A stretch of DNA of 64,000 bases from Chiloscyllium plagiosum. Lineage: Eukaryota. The notes beneath the pieces are model-generated. The model saw only the letters and a program-made list of their open reading frames with translations, did not search any database and was not told the origin of the DNA. This document shows, piece by piece, positions 25,203 to 37,587 of the stretch. Position 1 is the stretch's first letter. Every line of letters starts with the position of its first letter. The translations under genes and the position numbers were made by a program. The stretch is taken from contig NC_057719.1 of assembly GCF_004010195.1 (NCBI RefSeq), positions 71,154,831 through 71,218,830 on the forward strand. Reading direction: 5' to 3'.

Positions 25203-26102
25203 CAACACCACATTCCGGCCAGAGAGGTACAATCATGGGATTTGAGACTAGCATGTATTAGAAGGTGCAGATACTTTCTACTGCAAAGAACTCAGGGGCG
25301 AACATCGAAGAGATGACATACAGGGGAACACAGAAGGGCATGCACATATTGAGTTGTTTGGTGCATTGGCTGGCTTCCCAGAGAGCTCAATTGTCACTGT
25401 CAATGAGCAAGTTGTCTGGCTCCAAAGTGGCAGAGGACTTAATGCAAAGCTGGGAGCCTCCAGTTAGCCAATTCCATGAGAAAAACCTGTGGATCCCTGC
25501 AAAATGTAGCATGTAGCTACTGATGTCTCAGGTTCCAGTGTGGCATGGGCAGATGTTTCTGAGGCTTCAAGTGGAAGCTCAGACTGAGATATCTGCTTGT
25601 TGCAATAAAGGCCCAAGCCTGCTGTTATCATGATTGCGGTTAAGAATACGATAGGGCTTAATCAGGATAAAATGAAACCCCAAAGACTTGGAGGAAAAGC
25701 TGTAACTGAACCATAGATAATCTTTAAGGAGGAGATATTTCAAATATAGCATATGTTAGGGTTCAAAACAGGGAGACAGAATATGCTGTATTATAGGGTA
25801 TAGAATGTGTGTCAGGTAAATCCTTCGAGCAAGAATCAGATCAAATACAAATTATGAGGGAAAGTGAAGGGGAAAATAAGACTGGGAAAGAGACAATATA
25901 AGAATAGAATGTGGGTCAACATAAAATACAAATTGTGTAGTAAGAAGTGGCAGGTATCTTATTACAAAGGAAAGGTTTGGAAGTGCAAGACATCTCCAGA
26001 ATACTTAATAAGTCTCTAGCACCTGTGTTTGCCAGACAGAAAAGAATGCTTACAAAATATCAGTTGAAACAGAGATGCGAGAGATAACGGATAGGGTGAA
26101 AG

Positions 26103-26767
26103 AACAAACCACGACAAGCAGACCAAACACAGCCAGAAACCCTAACCACCTTACCATACATCAAAGAAGTTTCAGAAATGACAGCCAGACTACTAAGACC
26201 CCTCGGAATCCTAGTAGCACACAAACCCAACACTCTCAAACAAAAACTAACAAACTTAAAAGACCCAGTACAACCCATGGACAAAACCAAAGTCATCTAC
26301 TAAATTCCATGCAAGGACTGCCACAAACACTACGTAGGACAAACAGGAAGAAAGTTAGCCACTAGGATACATGAACACCAGCTAGCCACAAAAAGACACA
26401 ACCCTCTCTCCCTCGTAGCCCTATACACGGAAGAAAAAAACCCACCATTTCGACTGGGACAACACATCTATCCTGGGACAAGCTAAGCAAAGACATGCCA
26501 GAGAATTCCTGGAGGCCTGGCACTCCAACCACAACGCCATAAACAAACACATAGATCTAGATACCATCTATCAACCCCTCAGAAAACGAACAGGAAATGA
26601 CATCACCACAAACCCCAGGAACCCCATCCAGGACAAACATATAAATAGAAAGCAGGAGACAACAGCTTCACTTCACTTGGAGGTCGCCACTGATGATGTT
26701 ACCTAGCCAGGTAATGAAACGTCTAGATATCAAACCTACAGCTCAGCGAGCAAACCTACACCCCGAA
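26103..26767 (+). mobile_element. Penelope-like retroelement 3' part: GIY-YIG endonuclease (one stop, one frameshift) plus terminal region
   Basis: Manual translation TLPYIKEVSEMTARLLRPLGILVAHKPNTLKQKL...KTKVIY*IPCKDCHKHYVGQTGRKLATRIHEH.../HFDWDNTSILGQAKQRHAREFLEAWHS; VIY-x-IPC-xx-C-xxx-YVGQT is the PLE GIY-YIG signature. Confidence 0.93.
26687..26726 (+). ncRNA. Minimal type I hammerhead ribozyme motif (intact core)
   Basis: cca-CTGATGA(26690-96)-T-GTTACC-tagcca-GGTAAT-GAAA(26716-19)-C-GTC(26721-23)-tag; stem II pairs fully with one G-U. Confidence 0.75.
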
Positions 26768-26769
26768 AG

Positions 26770-27000
26770 TTGATATATAGAAGTTCTAGAAAGGTTGGTC
26801 ATGCTTGAGAGTCGATAGGTCACCTGGTTTGGATGGTTTGAAACCCACAATACTGAAGGAATTGAGGGTGGAAATGATAGAAGAGCTTTCCATTAAGAAT
26901 GTGTGCAAGGACAGTTCTAGTAACGACAAGTTGGGTCATTTAAACATCCATGTGGTAGGTAAGGTATTAGAAATAATAGGGGAAGGAAATCTTAGATCTG
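26770..27000 (+). mobile_element. Old CR1 RT-upstream fragment (host of the Penelope insertion)
   Basis: LRVDRSPGLDGLKPTILKELRVEMIEEL resembles CR1 LKVDKSPGPDG.HPR.LKE. Confidence 0.7.
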
Positions 27001-27494
27001 AAACATTGTACTGAATCTTCTGTGGAGAATGAGGTTCAGTAGTGAGTGTGGAAAATGAGCGTCCCTTTAGTTCAGGAGTGGGTTGGCTTTTCCCACACAG
27101 TTACACAGATCTTGACTCATTATATCTGCAGGCATGAGGTGAACCCTGTGACAGAGACATGGGCAAGTCAATGTCACCACCATTACCTGGAGGGGTTAAA
27201 AAGGATGCTGCCATGCGTAAAGGGAATTAGATTCCCTGCTAATCAGGAGCATCCCTCTGGCTTTCCCGCTGAACATTTTTACTCATCCACCCTTTCCCAG
27301 TGATCCTGCCTTCCTCAGCCAGACAGCTATCCACTCTTGGCCATCCTCTGTAGTCTGTGCCCACTGCACTGAGCCCTGTACTTAAATTACTTCCATCTGA
27401 TCACAACCGTGGCATAACATAGGTGACTGCTCCCCAAAGAGGACAAAGCAGCAGTTACACACTCCTAAAGTCTAGCAGGTACAGTACCTCCCTT

Positions 27495-27612
27495 ATAGAT
27501 ATTATCTCATCAACGTGTTCAGGGATGTTACTGCACTCCCACTTTTGGAGCAGGTGGGACTTGAACCTGGTACTCCTGGCTTAGAGGTAGGGACAGTACC
27601 ACAAGAGGCCCC
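27495..27612 (-). mobile_element. Short tRNA-derived SINE (third family)
   Basis: - strand gggcctcttgtggtactgtccctacctct...caggttcaagtcccacctgctcc with B-box-like GGTTCAAGTCC. Confidence 0.6.
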
Positions 27613-27700
27613 AGCACTCCTCATGTGGAGGTTGCAATCATAAAACATGCATTGTCTGCTCTTGGGGAACTTAAGCAATCAGAAAGGGCAACTCAATTCT

Positions 27701-27754
27701 AGTTAAAAATCTCACAACACCAGGTTATAGTCCAACAGGTTTATTTGGAAGCAC
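27701..27754 (-). mobile_element. Penelope terminal fragment (same family as 7223-7361)
   Basis: Reverse complement gtgcttccaaataaacctgttggactataacctggtgttgtgagatttttaact matches 7274-7327. Confidence 0.85.
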
Positions 27755-28310
27755 AGAGAAGTTTGATGAAGGGAATGTTATGAATGTAATCTATATGGAT
27801 TTTTAAAAAAATCTTCAAAATATCATGAAATGTTGGTCAAGAAAACTGAGACTAACGTAAGTGTAGAATTAGTGTCAGCTTGGATGAAACATCTTACTTA
27901 AAGACGAAATATGGTAAATCACAGTTGATATTAGCTTTCATACAACTGGGTGACAGTGATGATCTCCAAAATTCATTCATAGAGAGAGCGATATATTTTT
28001 ATATATATTTATATATAAATATTTGTTATATATGTATATTTATAAGATTTATGTGTATATATATTTTATATATGATTTGGATATTGGTATAAAAAGCAAA
28101 ACTTAAAAATATATTAATTTTATCAAACTTGGAGCAGAATGGGAAACAACTGCAAGTTTAAACTCAATCAGAAGTGTGAGGTAATACATTTTGTTAAGAG
28201 GGATAAGTATAGGCAATATAGGATTAACAGGACATTTTAAAGTGTGCAGGAACAAAGGAATTTGAATGTTTATGTACTGTATATAGATTGTAGGAGGCGG
28301 AGTACATGTT
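27755..28310 (+). mobile_element. Old CR1 RT fragment with internal (TA)-rich decay
   Basis: EKFDEGNVMNVIYMDF..; gcagaatggg...aagtgtgaggtaatacattttg; TA-rich 27990-28080. Confidence 0.6.
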
Positions 28311-30690
28311 ACCATAAAATGTAGGAGCAGAATGCCCTATCATTCAATGAAATCATGCTTGATCTGATAATCCTCAACTCCACTATTCTGCTTTATTCCC
28401 ATAACCCTTGATTCCCTTACTGATTAAAAATCTATCTCAATCTTTATATACAAAACAGGCCTCTGCCATCAGGAATTCATCAGGTTGAACCCAAACAGAA
28501 AGAAAATGATTCTCCTCATCTCTATCTGAAATGGGGTACTCCTTATTCTGAGACTAAGCACTCTGGTCTTAGACTCTCCCACACTGGGAACTAATTTCCC
28601 TGCTAAGTCCACTAAAAATCTTATATTTCTGCTTTATTATCCTAAATTTAAAAAATACAAGGCCAAACTCCTCATAAGAAAGTTTTCTATGTTTGAAATC
28701 TTTTTAGTGAACCTCCTCTGGACAGCCTCCAAAACCGACATATCTTTGTTTAGATAAGGGAATAAAAACTGTTTGTAGTATTCCAAGTATGGTTTGACTA
28801 ATGATTCATATAGTTTTAATAAGACCGTTCATTTTTATACTCTATTCCCTTGGAAATAAGGCCAACATTCAGTTTTCTTTCCCTGTTACAAACCGAACTT
28901 GGTTGCTAGATTTTATGATTCATGCATATGAACCCACAAATTCCTCTATGCTGCAACTTTCTGCAGTCTTTCCCTTCTTAAATAATATTCAGTTTTTCTA
29001 TTCTTCTTGTCAATCTGTTAGACATGATTTCCCCTTCATTGATCCAATCAGACTCTACTTGATTGTATTATGTATTTCTAAATGTTCTGCTTTTGCATTC
29101 TTTGTAATATACACTAATATTTTTGCTATGATAAATGTTGAACTATCTGACCTACAGTTATCTGATTTTGGCTCTGTCTCTTTTTGAATAAGTTTTCCAA
29201 TCCTCTGGAACTTTTGGAAGTTTTTTTTTATTCATTCATGAGATAAGAGTGTCTCTGGCTATGCCACATTTTTTGTCCAGAGGGCAGTTAAGAATCAATC
29301 ACTCCATCTGGAGTCACATGTAGGCAAGACCAGTAAGGATTGCACTTTCCTTCTTTAACGGGCAAGGTGGCTTTTTCCTGGCAATTGGCAATGGTTCCAT
29401 GGTCATCATTAGACTTTTAATTCCAGATTTTCATTATTTTTAAAGTTGAATTGAAATTCCACCATCGACCATGGCAAGATTTGAACCCATGTCCCCAGAA
29501 TCCATTACCTGGGTCAATAGATAAATAGTCCAGTGATATTACCACTGGCCATTGCCTCTCTGATGACTACAGCCAGTGCATCCATTATCTCTGTAGTCAT
29601 TTCTTTTAAAATCCTAAGATGGGACCCATCAGGTCTGGCAGGTTTATCAGCCTTTAATTTCATTAGTTTCCCTCATACATTTTCTTGAGTGGCAGTTATT
29701 GTGTCAATTTCTCCCTCATCCCTTGGGCCCCTTTATTATTATGCACCTTGAGAATTCTATTAATGTCCTGTACCATAAAAACTGATTCAAAATATTTATT
29801 TAACTTTTCTGTCATTTTATGATTCCCCATTTTTATTTCAACGCTCTCATTATCAAAGTAACCAAAGTTCACGTTGGCTTTTCTTTTCCTTTTAATATAT
29901 TTAAAGAACCTCCAACTGTCCATTTTTATATTACTTGCCAGTTTGCCCGCATAGTTTACTTTCTACCTCTTTAATACCATTGATCATATTTTGTTGGCTT
30001 TTAATACTTCCTCAGACCTTTGGCTTACCACTAATCTTTGCCATATTATATGACTTTTTCTTGCAATTTGATACAATCCTTAACTCCGCTGGTTAATCAT
30101 GGTCAGTTTATTATTCATAACCAAAATGATACAATGTTGCCATGTCCTTTGCTTTGTATGCCTACTTACTCCCTGGTCCTGAGCCCTCTCTCCTTTGATT
30201 AAATAGTTTAAAGCCTTCTGTGTAGACCAAGTTATTCAACTTACCAGGGCAGTGGTCCCAGCATGGTTCAAGTGAAGTTCATCCAACTGGAACAATTCTC
30301 CTTTACTCCTTTACAGGTGCCAGTGCCCCTTGTACTGAAACCTAATCCTCCCACACCAATCTTGAAGACACACATTTAATTCCTTAACATTATTTACCTT
30401 TATTAATTTGCCTGGAATCCAAAGTTGATTATCCTAGAGGTTCTGCTTTTTCTCCCAACTTTCAAAATCATTCAGCAGAACCTCCTTGTGATGCTCTTGG
30501 TACCGACATGGATGAGAACAACTGGATTCCTTCCCTCCCACTTCAAGACCCTCTGAAACCCAGTGAGGAGACATACTTAACCCTGGCCATTGGACAGGCA
30601 ACACAGCCTTCTTAACTCATATTTGTAGTTACAGAGAACGGTACCTCCCTCCTAATTATACTGTCCCCTATCATTACTACATTTCTAGTT
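28310..30690 (-). mobile_element. Old, internally deleted CR1 spanning ORF1 esterase to 3' tail
   Basis: 3' tail at ~28310 (accataaaatgtaggagcagaa); FFKYIKRKRKANVNFG...EKLNKYFESVF (29696-29923); ORF1 SGNH-like region ~30200-30690. Confidence 0.7.
29225..29560 (-). mobile_element. tRNA-derived SINE with L2-like tail nested in old CR1
   Basis: Reverse-complement homologue of 15983-16300 (ccagagggcagttaagaatcaatcac...ctggagtcacatgtaggc...gatttgaacccatgtcc). Confidence 0.75.
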
Positions 30691-30739
30691 CTACCCAGTA
30701 TTGATTATTTTCTCCCCCATTAATTATTGAATGACTAGT

Positions 30740-31200
30740 AAAGCATAAAAACAAGAAGTTAAAGTGAACTTTTAGAAAATTCTGGTTAGGTCCCAACTGG
30801 AGTACTACAGCCAGTTATGGTCACCAGACTTTAGAAATGATGTGAAAGTCCTTGAGAGGGTGGAGAGGAGTTTGACCAGATTATTCACCTTGACGCAAAG
30901 GATCTTGAAGTGGGACTTGATAGAGGAGTACAAGTTTATTATTGATTCAGATAAGATAGAAAAGGAAAACATGCTCTTATTTGTAGGTTATACAAGAACT
31001 AGGGGAAATAATATGTAAGGCTTTTGGCAAGAGATGCAGTGGAAATTGGAGGAAATATTTGTGGTAAAGGTCTGGAGCACTGTGCCTATAAGAGTGGTGG
31101 AAATGGAAACAATCAATGACTTCAGATGGAATTTGGATCAGCTCTTGAGTGAAATAAGATAACAGCGTAACAAGGATACAGCAAAGGGAATATGACTGAT
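30740..31200 (+). mobile_element. Old CR1 ORF2 3' part (probable continuation of 27755-28310)
   Basis: ctggttaggtcccaactggagtac...tggtcaccagactttagaaatgatgtgaaagtccttgagagggtg (LVRPQLEY..WSP-like). Confidence 0.65.
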
Positions 31201-31674
31201 TAGTTTGAGTTATGCAGAGGGTTCCACCCATCCCCAGCATAAAAGTTCTTGGCAGGGGTGGGAGAATGGGAGATAGGTTGTGCATGCCTGCTTCCAGTTG
31301 GCCAGTTAACCTCATTTGAGTCATTAGCCAACAGCCTTTAACTATTATGAGGCAGGACAGCCATCCATCTCCAGGGAGATGGTCCACCTCATTGAGCTGC
31401 TGGCCAATTAGAGGCCAGCAGCTCTGCACCTCTGCTGCCTTGCTGATTTTGCAGGAGGTACAGGAGAAAGTGGAACAATGGGTGGTTACCCCAAAACACA
31501 ATTAAGTCCAGGTCTTGCTGGGCTGGCAAGCTGCAGTCAGGGAGTCACGGGACATGTTGGAAATGACAGAGAAAGGATAGATGTGGGAAGGCAAAGAGCT
31601 CGAGGGCTTGGAATTGGCACAGAAGAACCAGGAATGCGGCAAACTCTTATTCATTGACCAGTAGCCCACAGGAT

Positions 31675-31766
31675 TAAACAAAAAAACAGATGTTGCTCAG
31701 CAGGTCTTGCAGCATCTGTGAAGAGAAATCAGAGTTAACGTTTCGGGTCGGGTGACCCTTCCTCAA
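31675..31766 (-). mobile_element. Penelope terminal fragment with hammerhead core (third family)
   Basis: - strand tTGAGGA-A-GGGTC-ACCC-GACCC-GAAAC-GTT-aac (31734-31766); 13-bp TSD tagcccacaggat (31662-31674, 31767-31779). Confidence 0.85.
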
Positions 31767-31901
31767 TAGCCCACAGGATGAAGCCTGCCGGACTACACAG
31801 TATGTGCAGACCTCTCCCACTGTCCTTTAGATCAGAGTATCAGGACGGTGAAGCTTTTAGTTGGTCATTAATTGCCACTGAAGATGAACAACCCACCTGA
31901 T

Positions 31902-32103
31902 GCTTACCTGATCACTGCCAAAATGATGTAAGGAGGAAGTCTGGCAACAATGACACTGCCCCTAATTTAAGAGTCCACCTTTTCCGTGCTCATTGGTGAA
32001 TGAACAGCTTACCTGATCACTACCAAAATGATGTAAGGAGGAGGTCTGGCAACAATGACACTGCCCCTAATTTAAGAGTCCACCTTTTCCGTGCTCATTG
32101 GTG
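31902..32103. repeat. 97-bp tandem duplication
   Basis: 31902-31998 versus 32007-32103, two mismatches, 8-bp spacer aatgaaca. Confidence 0.95.
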
Positions 32104-34081
32104 GTCTGTAAAATTCAACCTTCTAACTCTGCCTGCTTCGACCTGCACATGTCACATTCACAGCACAGTGCACAGGGACTGGAAGTTTACAGCTCTGGCA
32201 CCAGATTTTTGTGGTCATTGTATTTTTGTGCATCATTGTTGTGGTGCCTTACTGAGCATATACTGGATGGAAGATGAATAAAAGGCAACCTGTCAGTCTC
32301 TTGAGACAAATCCAGTATGTATTTCTGTGGCAATAATGGTATTTTATTGCGGCCTACAAAGAGCCAGGCCTTAACTCTTTGTAAAGTATACATTGGAAAG
32401 CTAAGTGATACTTTAATCATTGTACAATGCATTTCCTTTTATTTCCACTGCTTGGAAATATATATTTTAGGGTTTACGATAATACAAACCACATCTAGAG
32501 AATATTGAGTGTTCTTGCATTCTACTTTTCAATGCAGGTGACATTCACAGGTAGCTGACAGGGCATTCTGCAAACAATGACATACTTAAAGAAGATCCTG
32601 ATCTGAAAACATATTGATAAATTCCAAGTCAAGCTTTGGATTGATTTGAAGAATATAGCAAGATTAAACTGTCAGTTTGTATCTTGATATCTATCATTCC
32701 TGATTCCTGTCCAATATTGGCTTAACAAGTTAAATGTAATCAATATTTGAATTAAACTCCACCACAGAATAATCAATTAAGGCACCTTCTAAAAGCACTT
32801 CAAGGAAGGTTTAATTTTCATAATTTAGTTCCCTGTGTAGATAGTGTTTTGCTTTTACTTCAGTGGAATGAATGAGTTTGCTTGCAACAGATGTTGTGAT
32901 GAGTGCACTAAAGAATCCTTCACGCATTAGGCTCAGAATTTTAAATGAACAAGCCCTTTAATGATTTACTCAGTCCATGCAGACACTTAAAAACTGACAC
33001 TGAAACCAAGAAAAATTACTTAAAGGATCAGTTACATCTAAAATAATGGAATCAATATCAATATTTTCCCTGAGAATCTTTCTCCCTGATAAGCAAAATC
33101 TTTGCTTAAAAGGCACATTAAAATTTAATAGCCAGCCATGTGGTTTGGCAATTGATCATTTCTGGACAGCTGTTCTCTGCTGTGTTTTAGCTTAGTGCTT
33201 CTAACCATTTGAGTGTCATCTTTTAATGGCTCATTTTAAGGATATTTCGTCCCACTAGACCAAATCCTACTCAAACGAGACAAAATGTCAATTTATAAAG
33301 TGAGACTCAAAGTATTTTTTTGCAGAATTAAACTAAACAATAATAGCTATATATTAGGTGCCAAATAAGTGATGATTTGTTCCAGGTGTTCTTTTGTAAG
33401 TGGAAAAACATCATGACCTATAACTCATAAATAGCACAGACACAATCTGAAGATGTTTCACACCATTAATAGTGTAGCATTCAGTTTATTCTGTGCTTTT
33501 TATCTGTTATTGTCAAGTGAAATGAAGGTGGTCCTGTGAAAATAAGTCTGCAAAGACATACTAATAATCAGAAACCATCCAATGTTCATTGACTAAAACA
33601 GTTTCTGTACATTAACTGAGTCATTTTGCTATTGCATTTAATTTGATATATTTGAATTTCCATGACAATTCGCAAATAACTACAATACCTAGTTTTCGAT
33701 TTTATAAGGATATATCATAACACTTCAAATTGATAATTTTATTTTAATATGAATGTTAAAACCAAACCAGGATGGTTTCTGATAACTTGTAAACTGACGT
33801 GAATGCTTCAGAATAAGGGGTAGAAATTCATACCCATTGTTTGTGTTTCAATGATGGCCAAAATCCTGCTTGAAGGCTCCAGACCCATTTGATCATGGGT
33901 CATTTTTGAAACCGTGTGAAACAACATTTCATACACATGCTTCACCAATAGTTGTCTGGAGCCATTAGATTCAGAACTTCATGGCTGTTGTGGCCTAACT
34001 AGCAGTCAGCAACATACTGTGAAATTTTATAGCAAGGTAATTATTTTATAAAGCCTTCCACAAGTCCATGGGAATGTCCAT

Positions 34082-34387
34082 GGGCATCATCAGTGGTTAG
34101 CACTGCTGCCTCACAGCGCCAGGGACCCGGGCAACTGTCTGTGTGGAGTTTGCACATTCTCCCCGCGTCTGTGTGGGTTTCCTCTGGGTGCTCCGGTTTC
34201 CTCCCACAGTCCAAAGATGTGTAGGTCAGGTGAATTGGCCATGCTAAATTGTCCATAGTGTTAGGTGGATTAATCATAGGTAAATGTAGGGGAATGGGTG
34301 GGTTTCTCTTCGGTGGGTTGGTGTGGACTTGTTGGGCCGAAGGGCCTATTTCCACACTGTAGGGAATCTAATCTAATCTAATCTAAA
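34082..34387 (+). mobile_element. V-SINE/HE1-type SINE
   Basis: cagtggttagcactgctgcctcacagcgccagggacccggg...; (AATCT)n tail. Confidence 0.92.
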
Positions 34388-34933
34388 CTGTACTCCTGAA
34401 GGTTACTACCAGGCTAATGGCTATGAGTATCATCTGCAATATACACGTACAAACCCTCTCTTATTCAGGTCATGATAGACCTCATAATGTAGCTTTCCAG
34501 AGTTCCTTTTCAATTCGTCAACCTATGACACCTTAGTTCAAAGTTTGTTCACTTCTAGTAAAATACCTAACTGTTTACTGGCTGAGAAATTCTCTCAGTT
34601 CTCCAGGTTTTAGCTTGTACTCAAGAACTCCTGTCTCCTTTTTGATAAATAGAAAAACTTACACCTTGCTCTGAGAGATTTGCTTTGTCTCTTCAGAAGA
34701 AATCTCTTTTTTTTCACCACCTTTTGTCCTGTCTACTTTTTTTTTGTGTCTGCATCGGTATGCTGATTGCCTTCATCATCCAGCTCCTGCAATAGGGTTA
34801 TAGTTAACTCTCCTTTGTGTCTACTGTTCCCATTTGTTGCTGTCAACCATGTGGCTTCTTTCTTAACTTTTTTCCTATTGTTAGTGTGTCTAGGGCAAGT
34901 ATCATCAGGTCACATGGCTCAGTGTTTCTTATT

Positions 34934-36465
34934 ATAGAACGTAGACCAAAGAAAAGCACACCACAGAACAGGCCCTTTGGCCCACGATGTTGTGCCGAGG
35001 ATTAATCCTAATGTAAAATATAATAACTTAACCTACGCACCCCTCAGCTTACTGCTATCCATGTGCATGTCCAGCAGTCACTTAAATGCCCCCAATGACT
35101 CTGCTTCCACCACCACTGGTAACGCATTCCATGCATTCACGACTCTCTGCGTAAAGAACCTTCCTCTGACGTCCCCTCTATACCTTTCTCCTAATATCTT
35201 AAAACTATGACCCCTCGTACCAGTCAATCCTGCCCTGGGGAAAGGTCTCTGGCTATTGACTCTATCTATGCCTCTCATTATCTTGTATACCTTGATCAGG
35301 TCTCCTCTCTTCCTCCGAGCTTATTCAACCTTTCTTCATAAGGCAAGCCCTCCAGTCCAGGCAGCATCCTGGTAAACCTTCTTTGCACCCTCTCCAAAGC
35401 CTCTGTATCTTTCCTATAGTAGGGTGCTCAGAACTGGACATAATATTCCAAGTGTGGTCTCACCAGGGACTTGTAGAGCTGCAGCAAAACCTCGCGGCTC
35501 TTAAACTTGATCCCCCTGTTAATGAAAGCCAACACACCATATGCTTTCTTAACAACTCTATCCACTTGGGTGGCAAGTTTGAGGGATCTATGTACTTGCA
35601 TATCCCGATCCCTCTGTTCCTTCCTCCACACTTCAAAGAATCCTGTCTTTAATCCTATATTCAGCAGTCGAGTTTGACCTTTCAAAATGCATCACTTTGC
35701 ATTTATCCAGGTTGAACTCCATCTGCCATTTCTCAGCCCAGCTCTGCATCCTGTCTGTCGTGCTGCAGCCTACAATAGCCCTAGATACTATTGACGCCGC
35801 CTCCAACCTTTGTGTCATCTGCAAATTTACTAACCCACCCCTCAACCTCCTTATCCAAGTCATTTATAAAAACTACAAAGAGCAGAGGCCCAAGAACAGA
35901 GCCCTGCAGGACCCCACTCAACACTGACCTCCAGGCAGAATACTTTCCATCTACAACCACTCTCAGCCTTCTGTCAGCCACTCATTTCTGAATCCAAATA
36001 GCCAAATCTCCCTTTATCCCTTACTTCCTGAGTTTATGAATGAGCCTACCATGGGGAACCCTATCAAATACCTTGCTGAAGTCTATATACACCATATCCA
36101 TTGCTCAACCTTCGTCGACCTGTCTTTATACCTCCTCAAAGAACTCAATAAGATTTGTGAGGCACTCTATGACTCTATGACCTGCCCCTCACAAAGCCAT
36201 GCTGACTGCCTTTAATCACACTATGCTTTGACAAATAGTTATAAATTCTATCCCTCAGAATTCTTTCCAAAACTTTGCTTCTGGTCAAGCCTGTATCCAA
36301 GCTCCTCAAAGTTTTAATTCACAACAAGGTCCCTTTCCTTAGTGAAAACTGAAGCAAAAACCTCATTTGGGGCTTCCCCATCTGCTGAGACTCCACGCAC
36401 AAGTTTCCTCCATTATCCCTAATCAGCCCAACCTTCTCCCTGATCATTCTCTTATACCTCACGTA
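34934..36465 (-). mobile_element. CR1-clade LINE (second subfamily), 5'-truncated
   Basis: SGVLQGSVLGPLLFVVFINDLD...KFADDTK; LYKSLVRPHLEY; FFTQRVVNAWNALP; atagaac-type tail. Confidence 0.93.
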
Positions 36466-37162
36466 TTATCTAAAGAAATGTCTATTGATCCACTTTAATA
36501 TGACATAAAATCTTAAACTTTTTTTTTCAAACCTTCTTCAAAAATGATAACAGGTTCCATAAATCTAAATTAGCATTTTTCCTTACTGTATTGCCTTCAG
36601 GTCAAAGATCAAGTGTATATGTTTCAGCTTCTATTAACCTGCTCTGACGACGTTCCAAGTAGTTTTGTGCCTTTGTGTGGAAATCTACATCATTCAGCCT
36701 TTCCACTCAGTCCCACCAAGCCCACACCGAGTACACCAGAGGAGGTAGCTAAATTTGGGAAGGGAAAAATAATTTAATGATTGTGCTAAATTCAAACCCG
36801 GAAAAAGAGAATAATTCTACACCTATCTACCAGTCAATGTGAAAGGAATTCTTGTTGAATGCAGCACGGACAACAAAACCATTTAATTGAATAGTAGGTA
36901 ATCTTTCTGATTGCTATGTGATCCACTTGATAGATTTTTCTTAAACAAAAACCTAAACAATAACATTTTGCCGCTCTGCATGTTATTGGTCAAAACAAAA
37001 TATACAATACAAAGGTCAATCTTCTAAACTCGCTAACCAGCTTTTCTTCATGACTTATTTTTAAGAAAATGGCAATGATGTAAAATGAGATGAAGATGAA
37101 TTCATCTGGAGAAAATTCCTAACAATTAATCTATTATGTTCAACTTAACAATATAAGGAAGG

Positions 37163-37587
37163 TGCCTGGATTGAAGGGTTTGAGCTGTAGGAAGAGACTG
37201 AGTAGGCTGGGGTTGTCTTCCCTGGATAAAATCATGAGGTGCATGGATACGGTGAATGGTCAAGGTATTTTCCCCAGGATACGGGAGTCCAAACATAGAG
37301 GGCAGAGTTTTAAGGTGAGAGGGTAAAGATTTAAAAGGGACCTTAGGGGCAACATTTTCACACAGAGGGTGCAAAGAATGAACTGCCAGAGGAAATAGTG
37401 GAGGCTGGTACAATTAAAACATTTAAAATGCATCTGGATTGGTAAATGAACAAGAAGAGTTTAGAGCAATATGGGCCAAATGCTAGCAAATGGGACTAGA
37501 TAAAGTTAGGATATCTGGTCAACATGGACGAGTTGGATGGAAGGTTCTGTTTCTATGCTATATGTCTTTGTGACTCTATAACTCTAT
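37163..37587 (+). mobile_element. CR1-clade LINE 3' end
   Basis: gggcagagttttaaggtgagaggg...ttcacacagagggtg...tgactctataactctata tail. Confidence 0.9.

Noticed and set aside
27990..28080. Extremely AT-rich tract as a regulatory element or origin
   Set aside because: Degenerate (TA)n microsatellite within an old CR1
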